The notes beneath the pieces are model-generated. The model was not told the DNA's origin and did not search any database. It saw nothing but the letters and a program-made list of their open reading frames with translations. Below, in pieces: positions 1 to 9,078 of a stretch of 55,866 nt of DNA. The stretch is taken from contig JAIROO010000330.1 of the NCBI GenBank assembly GCA_031257535.1, positions 1-55,866 on the forward strand. The letters are read 5' to 3'. The DNA is from Deltaproteobacteria bacterium (GTDB taxonomy: Bacteria > Desulfobacterota > Desulfarculia > Adiutricales > Adiutricaceae). Position numbers and translations under genes: made by a program. The stretch's first letter is position 1; every line of letters begins with the position of its first letter.

Positions 1-317
1 ATTCCAAAAATAGTTGAGGGAAAACCGTGATTTAAAAATTTCTTCCCAAGCAGTTGATCACCTTTCCAAGCGACACCATAGCTGCTGTAGAAAGAAAAAT
101 CCAAAATTAGAATTGCTGAGATGCGCTTGCCAAGCGCGCTGTGATATCCACTCGGCAACTGACTTCTTAAATTGATAGAAACTATCAAAATTAATGTCCA
201 AATATATCTCGTCATTATTTAATAATATAAATAATAAATAAATAACTGATAATATTTAAATCAAATATAAAGGAAAAATTGTTATTAAGAAGAGTATAGT
301 TCTTTTTTTTAATATTT

Positions 318-581
318 GTGCGCCCATGAAGGCGCCTTATCAGAGCTGTGAAAGTCCGCTTCAGGGATAGTCAGCATCCCTGTAACCAATCGTAACCGCG
401 TCATCGAGAGGTGGGGTGGGGAGCAACAGGAGGTGAATGAGCAGTCCGCAGGATGACGAACCTGTTTCGGCCTGGTATTGTGACGAGCATCCATATATAT
501 TGCGAAGTCTAGGGGCGGACCAAACGGTACGTACGGTGGCTTAGGAGGACGGCGGGGAGATCCCGCGCCCTACCCGGTTAT
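318..581 (+). ncRNA. Group II intron-like structured RNA remnant (ORF-less, too short to be a complete intron)
   Basis: A GC-rich 264-nt island sits between AT-rich flanks. It starts exactly with GTGCG (GTGCGCCCATGAAGG, like bacterial group II 5' ends). It contains CGGTACGTACGGTGG, which matches the 3' strand of domain V in class C/B bacterial introns. It ends ...CCCTACCCGGTTAT (AY-type end) after a GGCGGGG/CCC(G)CGCC hairpin resembling domain VI. I could not find the 5' strand of the domain V lower stem, and there is no maturase ORF. Confidence 0.4.
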
Positions 582-594
582 TAAACAAGATTTT

Positions 595-2169
595 TTATTT
601 GAATATATTAGTTAGTTGTCTTGAAGTATGTATATATATAGAAACAGTAAAACTAATCAATAAAAACACTAATTTATCAATTATATCTATGTATAAAAAG
701 TAAATATTTTCATTGTTAATTCTATTGATAAAATACGTTAAATAGAATAAATCAATTAGAGCACATAAATCGATAAGCCCAATGAATAATTTACTTGTAT
801 TTAAAAAAGTTAATATGACAAATACGTATACAACAATAATTACAATTAAGTAACTAAAATAGAGTTGTAAATCAACTGTATAACTGTATTCATGTATAAA
901 AAAATTATAAATTAATTCTAATTGAACTAATATTTCGTAGGAGTAATTAGTTATCCTATAGATTAAATATGAAAAAATACTTAACAATAAAGCATTATTT
1001 TTAATTTTTAAATATTTATTTATATAAAGGTCATTAACTTCCTTGGTATTTTTGTCAATAAAACTCTTATTTAACGTTAATAAAACTTTACTTTGCGCTA
1101 ATGATTGATAATCAGCATTTCCTAATTCGCTTTTTTGGGCCTGGCTAGCGTCTTTGGTCGCGGCTTGTTCTAGTTCGGCTGTGGTAATTATTGGAAGGTT
1201 TTCGGACTCTTCCTTTAAGGCTGAGGCGGGATCTTCTTTGAGTCTCGCCTCTGGCCAGAGAGGGTTGAGGGCCTCGGAAAATTGTTTAATCCCCTGAATT
1301 CGTTTTTTGCGGACCAGTTTTAAACTTTTTTCCAAGGCCGCTATTAACGCGGGGTGATTTTCTTTGGCTAAAACGCTCAATTTCGCCGCCAAAGGGTCGG
1401 GCTCGTTTTCAGCCACGGCCGCTTGCCTGGCGGCGGCCGTGGCCGGGATCTCGCCGGTTAAGCAGTTATAAATGACCGCGGCTAAAGCGTAGACGTCTGT
1501 CCAAGGGCCTTGGGTCGAAATTAGGCGCGAGTATTGCTCGGGCGGCGAAAAACCCGGGGTTATGACGACGACCGTGGTGGGTAATGTGGCGGTTAAGGCG
1601 TTTCTGGCCGACCCAAAATCGATTAAGACCGGCTGGTTGATGGTTTTAAAAAATATATTTTCCGGTTTCAGGTCGCGGTGTAAAATCCCTTGGGCGTGGA
1701 TGGCCTGAAGGGCGCTTAAAATCGGGGGTAACCACGTAAGGACCTCTTGGGTCGTGGTTTTACCCTGAGGGGCTTTAGCCAATTTTTCGGCTAAGGTTTG
1801 GCCTTCGTAAAAAGGCATGACGTAGTAGGCGGTCCCTAAGATCTCAAAATAGTCGATGATCTGGATAATGTTAGTGTGGGAAAATTGGGCTATGGTCTCG
1901 GCTTCCCGGAGGAAAGAGTTTAAACTCCTCTGGTATTCGGTCTCGCTCGTGGAGTTTTTGGGGATAACTTGGTAACTAACTTGGACTCTGGCCGCCAAGT
2001 CTTGGGGAAAATGCTCCTTAATAACGACAAATTTTTCCGTTTTAACGTCTTTCGCCTTATAAGTGACCCCAAAACCACCTTGGCCTAAGACGCTGACAAT
2101 CTGATAGTCCTTAAGCGTAAAGCCAAAGGGTAAACAAAAATTTATAATATTATTTATATTGTCGTGCAT
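595..2169 (-). CDS. Hanks-type Ser/Thr protein kinase with a C-terminal polytopic membrane tail (paralog 1)
   Basis: 524-aa ORF with ATG start and TAA stop. Kinase motifs: G-loop GQGGFGVTYKA, VVIKEH (catalytic Lys), HRDLKPENIF, DFGSA, TPGFSPPEQ. The last ~165 codons are extremely AT-rich and encode several I/L/F/Y-rich hydrophobic segments. Confidence 0.9.
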   Translation of the reverse strand: MHDNINNIINFCLPFGFTLKDYQIVSVLGQGGFGVTYKAKDVKTEKFVVIKEHFPQDLAARVQVSYQVIPKNSTSETEYQRSLNSFLREAETIAQFSHTNIIQIIDYFEILGTAYYVMPFYEGQTLAEKLAKAPQGKTTTQEVLTWLPPILSALQAIHAQGILHRDLKPENIFFKTINQPVLIDFGSARNALTATLPTTVVVITPGFSPPEQYSRLISTQGPWTDVYALAAVIYNCLTGEIPATAAARQAAVAENEPDPLAAKLSVLAKENHPALIAALEKSLKLVRKKRIQGIKQFSEALNPLWPEARLKEDPASALKEESENLPIITTAELEQAATKDASQAQKSELGNADYQSLAQSKVLLTLNKSFIDKNTKEVNDLYINKYLKIKNNALLLSIFSYLIYRITNYSYEILVQLELIYNFFIHEYSYTVDLQLYFSYLIVIIVVYVFVILTFLNTSKLFIGLIDLCALIDLFYLTYFINRINNENIYFLYIDIIDKLVFLLISFTVSIYIHTSRQLTNIFK

Positions 2170-2300
2170 GATGGTTTTTGTTTTCTACTGTCTTTAATTA
2201 TAGAAGTTAAAGCGAAAATATCGCTATTTTAGTCTATAAGATAAATATTAAATGTCGTTAGTTAAGTGTTATAGAACTATATAAGCTAAGAAATGTATCC

Positions 2301-4255
2301 TACCTAGAATCCGGCAAAATTTTTACACAACAATCCGCAGTGACATTTTTGAATGGCAGTCGGATAAAATTTGTAATTAACGCATAATATTAGGTATATT
2401 AAGATAAATTATTAAATAAAAATATGTATTGATATAATTACAATTAATTATAGTTATTTTTTTAAATTTATTGTACTTAAATCAACATTAAAAGCAGTAA
2501 AAATATCGTTTTGGATTTTAGTAGTTGCAGAATATACTATACAGTCATTTATCATTATTTTTTTGAAACGTTTTGTCTCATTAATTAATTTTGTAATTGT
2601 AAAATTTTTATATAAATTATTTGAAATCATTATTTGATGAATTTTAGACAACAGAATAAGTGCAGTGAAAGAGATAAAAATTTTATTATTTAAGGCCTCT
2701 TGGCTTTTAACTATAGTTTTATATAGATCAAGAGATCCTTTAAGTCTTAAAAAACCTTTTTCGACAATATCTTTATTTCTATAAATGTTAAGAATTTCAT
2801 TATTTGATAAATTATCATTAGAAATGAACGATAACCAACCAGCATTCCGAGACAATTTTTTTAATTTATCATCTGATATAGTAATAATAAATTGGTCATT
2901 ACTATTTTTTAATTGTTTAAAATCTAAAAATTTTAAATAATCAGAATTTTTATAATATAATAATGGATTTTTTAGAGCTGTTTCTTGAGCTTGCAATGCA
3001 TCACGTAAATTATTATCAAATACATTTGTATATTTAATATGATTATAAAAATTATATACATTTAAAGTGTTAACATTATTCCAAAAGTATTTGTCAGAAA
3101 TAGTGTATAGAGATTTATCATTATGTATAATTGCATTTGAAATAGAAAATATAGCATCTCGATATTTAGAAAGCTGTTCCTTAGCTAAATTACATGTAAA
3201 AGGCACAGAAATTATGAACCGCATATTTTTATGTTTATTAAGTAAAAATGATATATTTTTCTCGCTATAAAAACCTTTATCCATCACTAATGAATATTTA
3301 TCAGTTTTAGTGATTGATGATAGTAGATTAATAGTATTTTCAAGTATTTTAACATCGTTTAAACTACCTTGATAATTCATAATATATATAGGAAGCAAAC
3401 TTTTTTCACCCATTAACATACAAATATTTATTTGTGGTAATTTTTCTTTATCTCTATTATATCCAAATTCAACATCATCTATTAATTCAGAATATGAAGA
3501 AGTTGAAGATACATCTAAAGCAAAATATTCTTGTTTAAGCATATTTTCAGCCCAATATTGATAGAACTTATTCCGTTCGACCTCAGTAATTTTGCGTAGT
3601 AAGGAACTAATATATTGAGATGACATTTCACCAACATTATATCCTTCGGAATCATTTATCCAGTCAGCACAATGTTGAAATGGTTCACCCGATGAAACTA
3701 AGTAACATGATAACATAAAAACATCTTTCCATAGAACAGGCAAAGCACTGGATAATGAATCTATAAGACCAATTTGATTTGATATATGTTCCATCAAATA
3801 AAAAAAACCGAAATCTTTAATTGTACAATTACTTAAATCAAGGTTAGAATGGCGTTTTATATAATCATATTGTGATACTATTTCATAACCAACAGGAAGT
3901 TTTTGTTTTAATAAGTCGATATTGTTTAACTTTTCTAAATAATCATCGTTAAAAATTGCAATTTTATTAACTGGATCATACGTACCGACACGGTTTTTAT
4001 TAATAATCACTTTTTTACCTTTTCTTGAACCAGTACATTCGTATATATAATAATAATTTTTGTCGTGATTATGATTTATTGTGCTTAAATGAAGATACGT
4101 CATTGGGGCCTCCTTTGTTGTGTAAAATATTTTACACAACAAAGGTGAAGGTCGTCAAGGTTTTTTTTTTATTATTTTTCTTTTACTTAACAATTATTGT
4201 AGTATACTTTTAGGGCGCGATTTTGTTATGTAAAATTTTTTCCGGATTCTAGGTA
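2301..4255 (-). mobile_element. Insertion sequence, IS4/IS1634-like, apparently intact
   Basis: 33-bp terminal inverted repeats match 30/33: left 2301-2333 TACCTAGAATCCGGCAAAATTTTTACACAACAA, right 4223-4255 reverse complement TACCTAGAATCCGGAAAAAATTTTACATAACAA. TCC occurs on both outer flanks and may be a 3-bp target duplication. One long transposase ORF lies inside. The whole unit is AT-rich relative to its flanks. Confidence 0.75.
2454..4103 (-). CDS. DDE transposase (IS4/IS1634 family-like)
   Basis: Long ORF inside the IR-bounded element. I prefer the ATG at 4103 (MTYLHLSTINHN...), which is preceded by AAGGAGG, over the TTG at 4142 used in the ORF track. The size (~549 aa) and C-terminal region are typical of IS1634-type transposases. 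Family assignment is by architecture, not by search. Confidence 0.8.
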   Translation of the reverse strand: MTYLHLSTINHNHDKNYYYIYECTGSRKGKKVIINKNRVGTYDPVNKIAIFNDDYLEKLNNIDLLKQKLPVGYEIVSQYDYIKRHSNLDLSNCTIKDFGFFYLMEHISNQIGLIDSLSSALPVLWKDVFMLSCYLVSSGEPFQHCADWINDSEGYNVGEMSSQYISSLLRKITEVERNKFYQYWAENMLKQEYFALDVSSTSSYSELIDDVEFGYNRDKEKLPQINICMLMGEKSLLPIYIMNYQGSLNDVKILENTINLLSSITKTDKYSLVMDKGFYSEKNISFLLNKHKNMRFIISVPFTCNLAKEQLSKYRDAIFSISNAIIHNDKSLYTISDKYFWNNVNTLNVYNFYNHIKYTNVFDNNLRDALQAQETALKNPLLYYKNSDYLKFLDFKQLKNSNDQFIITISDDKLKKLSRNAGWLSFISNDNLSNNEILNIYRNKDIVEKGFLRLKGSLDLYKTIVKSQEALNNKIFISFTALILLSKIHQIMISNNLYKNFTITKLINETKRFKKIMINDCIVYSATTKIQNDIFTAFNVDLSTINLKK

Positions 4256-4283
4256 TCCTAGAATAAAGAGGCTCAATATTTTT

Positions 4284-5000
4284 ATGGCCGCAAGCTTTGG
4301 CTTTTTTATAAATCGCTGGCCCCGTTGGTTTAGCCTTTTGGCTAAGGTGGTCTTGTTTTTTAGCCTCTGGCTTTGGCCCACTTTGTTATTGGCTCTTGAT
4401 GACGCTATAGTCCAGCGAATGAAAGCCGAAGATGAATTATTCGCGTATGTTGAAAATACTATTGTTACTAATTGGCAAACATATCCACCTAATTATAAAT
4501 CACGACTAAAAACAGATCAAATAAAATGGGTGAATTATAAAAGAGACATAGAAGCTGAATATTATATGTTAAAAGGCCTTTCATTTAATGACGCATATAC
4601 ATATGTTACTGCGGTTCGTAATAACGAAATGATTAGAATTTTACCAGGACATGTGCAAGATAAATATGTAATAATAGATTTGGATCTTTTAACTAAAATA
4701 ATATTTAATAGTAAGTTAAATACGTTTAAGCCTGACCAAATCCCGCCTCAAGTTCAGACCCCGCCTCAAGCTCAAAACCCGCCTCCGCCTCGCCTCCCGA
4801 CAGCCTCGTTTCAAAATAGCCCTAATGAAACTATAACGACTTCCCGGCCAGCGCTAGATTCGGGGCAAGTAGAACCTTTGTCTTTGAGGCCTGGTGAGGC
4901 TGAAATTATCAGTAAGTTTAAAGCTATATGGACTTTTGTTATAGTAGTACTTATATCTGCCATGGTTTTATTACAATATTATAAGCCTAATACTCAATAA
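4284..5000 (+). CDS. Hypothetical exported/membrane-anchored protein with a Pro/Gln-rich linker and C-terminal TM segment
   Basis: 238-aa ORF with AAGAGG upstream of the ATG. It has an N-terminal hydrophobic segment (FSLLAKVVLFFSLWLWPTLLLAL), the tract PPQVQTPPQAQNPPPP, and a C-terminal hydrophobic anchor. An AT-rich block sits at about 4440-4740 inside the ORF. Confidence 0.5.
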   Translation: MAASFGFFINRWPRWFSLLAKVVLFFSLWLWPTLLLALDDAIVQRMKAEDELFAYVENTIVTNWQTYPPNYKSRLKTDQIKWVNYKRDIEAEYYMLKGLSFNDAYTYVTAVRNNEMIRILPGHVQDKYVIIDLDLLTKIIFNSKLNTFKPDQIPPQVQTPPQAQNPPPPRLPTASFQNSPNETITTSRPALDSGQVEPLSLRPGEAEIISKFKAIWTFVIVVLISAMVLLQYYKPNTQ

Positions 5001-5163
5001 ATAATATTACATATTAAGTTTATTATTGGTTTTTTAAAATATAGTATACCGAACTGTAAGTAAAGCTAACATAATTTATCTATATTATTGTCTTCAATAT
5101 TAATTTTTTAAATTATAATAAAATTACTTTATATAATTTATAACATTTAACTTTATCATATTA

Positions 5164-6819
5164 TCATTTTTGTTGTAATCTATATGCAACTTTTTTTGAT
5201 ACATGTAAATAAAAAATTATACAAAATTCAATTACTAAAGTTAGTAAGCTTTCATATAAATTATTAATCATTGGTAATAAAAAAAACTCATTAGTTGAAA
5301 AAATAAAGTAAGTAAAAAATATTATATTTGATAGAAATGCTATATCATTAAATAATATAGATAATTTATTTGCTCTTAAAAACAGTATAAGTATCAAAAA
5401 ATATATTGCAAGGATATATAGAAAATAATTTTTAAGATAATTAATTTCAATATTGTTTTTTAACATCTCTAAAACTGTAGCTTCATCTATTTCATATAAA
5501 TCAATCGCTGCACTAACAGAATATAATAATCTGCAAATCATATAAAGAGATACAAATAATATAAGACAACCTGATTTAGGCTTTTCAGTCTTAATAGCGT
5601 CTTTTATATTATGTTTTTCTTTTACAACATTATTGTCCTTAACAAATTCCGTTTGTTCATCCGCCGACGCTTGTAGAAAATTTAATATTTTATTTAAATT
5701 ATCATTAGGTAATGACTTATCGCTTTGTGGATCATATTCTGGCTGAGGGGCCATAACTGGCTTGGGTTTAGGGGCTAACGTCTTTAAGACGTTTTGCTTC
5801 GCTAAAGGCTCTAAAGGCTCTAAAAGTTCTAAAGGCTCTAAAGGCGTTAAAGGCGGGGCCAGAGGAGGAGGGCTAACCGCTTTTAGGGGTTCTTTTTGGG
5901 TTTTAGCTGGGCTAATTATGGCTAAAAATTTCGCTACGCCTTGGATTCTTTCGCGCCTGTTCAATTTAAGGCTGCCTTCGATGGCCTTTAAAAAATCGGG
6001 TTTAAGAGCTAGTTTGTTTAACAAAGGCCAGATTTTGGCGAAGGGATCCGGCTGGTGTTCCATAACAGCCATTTGTCTATCTGGGGAGGGCGGAGGAACC
6101 TGGCCAGTTAGGCAGTAGAAAATAACCGCCCCTAAAGCGTAGATATCCGTCCAGGGTCCTTGGAAGGCGACGTTAGTCGAGTATTGCTCGATGGGCGAAA
6201 AGCCGGGCGTTAAGATCATGTTTAACGATTGGGTTTTGACGGCTAAAGCGTTTCTGGCCGCTCCAAAATCGATTAGCGTCTTTTGGCCGGTGGTTCGAAA
6301 AAATATGTTTTCCGGTTTTAGGTCGCGGTGTAAAAACCCTTTCGCGTGGACGGCTTGGAGCCCCTTAAGAATTTGGGGCAAAAAGTCCAGGACCTCGATT
6401 GGTGGCATAAGGCCTTTAGGACGTATGGCCAAGATGTCCGCTAAGGTTTGGCCTTCAAAAAAAGGCATGGCGTAATAGGCCGTCCCTAAGATTTCAAAAT
6501 AGTCGATAATCGGCACGATATTAGGGTGAGAGAACTTGGCGAGGATCTCGGCTTCTCGCAAGAAATCTAAAAGGCCTTCTTTAAATTGGTTAGGGCTCAC
6601 GCTGGCTTTGGGCGTGACTCCGTAACCCTCTTTATCCCTGTCCGCGGTATCTTGAGGAAAGTGTTCCTTAATAACGACCATTTTATTCGTTATGGTATCT
6701 AAAGCTTTATAAGTAACTCCAAAGCCGCCTTGACCTAAGACGCTTATAATTTGGTAGGCTTTAAGGGTAAAACCTTTGGGTAAGCAGAAATTAACGATAT
6801 TACCGTGTTTAGGCTTCAT
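5164..6819 (-). CDS. Hanks-type Ser/Thr protein kinase with a C-terminal polytopic membrane tail (paralog 2)
   Basis: 551-aa ORF with a TGA stop. Motifs GQGGFGVTYKA, VVIKEH, HRDLKPENIF, DFGAA, TPGFSPIEQ. The N-terminal ~300 aa clearly align with the kinase at 595-2169. The linker carries (EPL)n encoded by 9-nt repeats near 5805-5850. The tail from about 5164 to 5720 is AT-rich and hydrophobic. Confidence 0.9.
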   Translation of the reverse strand: MKPKHGNIVNFCLPKGFTLKAYQIISVLGQGGFGVTYKALDTITNKMVVIKEHFPQDTADRDKEGYGVTPKASVSPNQFKEGLLDFLREAEILAKFSHPNIVPIIDYFEILGTAYYAMPFFEGQTLADILAIRPKGLMPPIEVLDFLPQILKGLQAVHAKGFLHRDLKPENIFFRTTGQKTLIDFGAARNALAVKTQSLNMILTPGFSPIEQYSTNVAFQGPWTDIYALGAVIFYCLTGQVPPPSPDRQMAVMEHQPDPFAKIWPLLNKLALKPDFLKAIEGSLKLNRRERIQGVAKFLAIISPAKTQKEPLKAVSPPPLAPPLTPLEPLELLEPLEPLAKQNVLKTLAPKPKPVMAPQPEYDPQSDKSLPNDNLNKILNFLQASADEQTEFVKDNNVVKEKHNIKDAIKTEKPKSGCLILFVSLYMICRLLYSVSAAIDLYEIDEATVLEMLKNNIEINYLKNYFLYILAIYFLILILFLRANKLSILFNDIAFLSNIIFFTYFIFSTNEFFLLPMINNLYESLLTLVIEFCIIFYLHVSKKVAYRLQQK

Positions 6820-6929
6820 AATCTTTTTTAGAATAATTATTTTAAAATTTATATATTTCAGTAATTTATTATATTATTAATGATTAAATAGTTGATAAAT
6901 ATAAATTATTAATGCTTAACATTTGGTAG

Positions 6930-7748
6930 TTAATAAATATAATATATAATTACGCTATAATTATCATATTCTTGTTTAGCGGAAGATTTGGCTATAATTT
7001 CTTCTTCTAATGAATTAAGAATCTTAAAACGCTCATTATTTAAATTATCTAGGGCCGAAAAATCAAGGAGTTTGAGGGAGTTTTCCTCGATCAACTCCCA
7101 AAAACCATCGGTGACCAGAATAAGAGTATAGGGTTTGTCGGTTAGCTCATAATCGCCTAAAGTTGGCTTTGGGTAAGGCGAGTCTTGGCCTAAGGCCTTG
7201 GTTAAGACGTGGCGGTCAGGGTGCCCTCTAATTTCGGCGGCCTCGATTTCGCCTAAGGCCACCATCATCTGAGCCACGGTGTGATCTAAGGTCTGGACCA
7301 GAATTTTTTGATTTTTTAGAAGGTACAAGCGGGTGTCCCCTACGACCCCCCAGCGCAGGATATTATCCTTGACCGTGGCCACGGTCAAGGTGGAACTCAT
7401 AGAAGCTAAGCCTCTATTATTGTTTTTAGCGGACATTATAGCTTCATTAGCGTTTTTAAAAGAATTTAGAATAGTTTCATCACTATTTTCAAGGCCATTT
7501 AAAGTCGCTAAAGCTCCTATTATGGCTTTTCTTGAAGCCATGCGGCCCCCAGCGTGACCGCCTAACCCATCGGCCAAAGCCAAACCTGAGAAAGAGGGGG
7601 CTAAAGCCAGCCCAAAGGCATCCTGATTTTCTGAGCGCCCCCCGCGAGCGGACAAAGCTAAAATATCCCCGCCGCTAACTTCTGCGAACGTTGAGGCCCG
7701 CTCCCTGGCGGTTTCCGCTTCCCAGGAAAATGAGTAAAACAAGCCCAA
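6930..7748 (-). CDS. PP2C-family Ser/Thr phosphatase (cytoplasmic type)
   Basis: 272-aa ORF with a TTG start 5 nt downstream of AGGAGG. PP2C metal-binding motifs are present: LADGLGGHAGG and VTDGFWE. Confidence 0.85.
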   Translation of the reverse strand: MGLFYSFSWEAETARERASTFAEVSGGDILALSARGGRSENQDAFGLALAPSFSGLALADGLGGHAGGRMASRKAIIGALATLNGLENSDETILNSFKNANEAIMSAKNNNRGLASMSSTLTVATVKDNILRWGVVGDTRLYLLKNQKILVQTLDHTVAQMMVALGEIEAAEIRGHPDRHVLTKALGQDSPYPKPTLGDYELTDKPYTLILVTDGFWELIEENSLKLLDFSALDNLNNERFKILNSLEEEIIAKSSAKQEYDNYSVIIYYIY

Positions 7749-7899
7749 AAACCTCCTAAATTGAACTATATCACTATAGATATATTTTTATAAAACGCTT
7801 ATTAAATGAAAATACAGCAATAATTAATGTTATTTTGGTTAGTAAACCTTACTCTATCGACTTTAGCGTTAACAAAATTTTTTTTTCGATGAATAGATA

Positions 7900-9030
7900 T
7901 TAACATATGTAAAATATCAGCGATATAACTATAATAAATACTATGAAAAAAATAATACTTGATTTATCTTTAAATAAAAACATCCTAATATCATTATAAT
8001 AGGAAATTATAGTAGTCCAAATATTTTTGAGTCTACCTTTTAAACTTAAATCTTTTGGGTTAATAACGTTTTGTTTATTAATAGCTTCTGTTTTAAGACT
8101 TTTTGGCTTAATTTTTGATGGTTGTTCGGCAATTTCTATGCCTAAATATCTTCTTAATTCGGCCACCCCTTTAATTCGCCCTTTAACCTCTGGGCAAAGG
8201 CACCCCCTTAAGGCCCGCGCCCATATCGGCTTGAGCTTAGTTTCAACGGCCTGTAAAGTAGGCTCTAAGGGATCGAAGGTACCTTCAGTGGTGGCGATCA
8301 GCCGGGCAACCGAGTTGGGTAAGTCCCGCCCGGTCAAACAGTAAAGCAAAACCGCGCCCAAAGCGTAAATATCGGTCCACGGGCCCTGGGCAATGGCTGT
8401 TTGTAAGTACTGCTCGGGGGGGGCGAAGCCATGGGTCACAAATTGGTTTTGCATGTCCCCGCCCAAGATATCGCCGGCCGACCCAAAGTCGATTAAAATT
8501 GGGTTCAAGTCAGTTTGGATAAAGACATTTGAAGGTTTAATGTCGCGGTGCACGATCCCTCGGGCGTGGACGGCCTGCAGACCGTCTAAGATGGGCGTAA
8601 ACCACTTTTTTATCTCTTCTAGCGATTGGCCAGGCGATCGACTAAGGATCGTTTCCAAAGATTCGCCGGCCAAAAAAGGCATGACAAAATAAGCTGTCCC
8701 CAGGTCGCGGAAATAATTTTTAATCTTCACGATGTTGGCGTGGTTAAAATTGGTTAGAGTTTGAGCTTCTTTGAGAAAATGACCTAAACTTTGTTTAAAA
8801 TCAGCTGGACCCGCCACCTGGAGAGGAATAACGCGATTGTCTTGGCGCGTGACTAAGTTTAAGGGAAAATGCTCTTTAATAACGACCTTTAGATTTGTTT
8901 TTAGCTCAGTGGCTTTATAAGTTATGCCAAAACCGCCTTGACCCAAAACTTCTATGAGCTGATACGGGAACTTCGAAAAGGTATAGCCGCTCGGGAGGGC
9001 TTGGTTAGGGGGTTCTGGCGACAGGCTCAT
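7900..9030 (-). CDS. Hanks-type Ser/Thr protein kinase with a single C-terminal TM anchor (paralog 3)
   Basis: 376-aa ORF. Motifs GQGGFGITYKA, VVIKEH, HRDIKPSNVF, DFGSA, HGFAPPEQ. The C-terminus IIFFIVFIIVISLIFYIC is encoded in AT-rich DNA. Confidence 0.9.
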   Translation of the reverse strand: MSLSPEPPNQALPSGYTFSKFPYQLIEVLGQGGFGITYKATELKTNLKVVIKEHFPLNLVTRQDNRVIPLQVAGPADFKQSLGHFLKEAQTLTNFNHANIVKIKNYFRDLGTAYFVMPFLAGESLETILSRSPGQSLEEIKKWFTPILDGLQAVHARGIVHRDIKPSNVFIQTDLNPILIDFGSAGDILGGDMQNQFVTHGFAPPEQYLQTAIAQGPWTDIYALGAVLLYCLTGRDLPNSVARLIATTEGTFDPLEPTLQAVETKLKPIWARALRGCLCPEVKGRIKGVAELRRYLGIEIAEQPSKIKPKSLKTEAINKQNVINPKDLSLKGRLKNIWTTIISYYNDIRMFLFKDKSSIIFFIVFIIVISLIFYIC

Positions 9031-9078
9031 TATAGACGATCCGCGTTAAATTGGATTTGAATTTGGTTAAAAAGTTAG

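Noticed and set aside
1-215. Open minus-strand frame from the ATG at 215 to the window edge (MTRYIWTLILIVSINLRS...)
   Set aside because: It covers only ~71 codons, with no RBS and no recognisable domain, and it is truncated by the window. There is not enough evidence to call a gene.
309-494. 61-aa minus-strand ORF inside the GC-rich island
   Set aside because: It lies entirely within the structured intron-like RNA segment. It has no RBS and no recognisable motif. It is most likely an artefact of GC-rich non-coding sequence.
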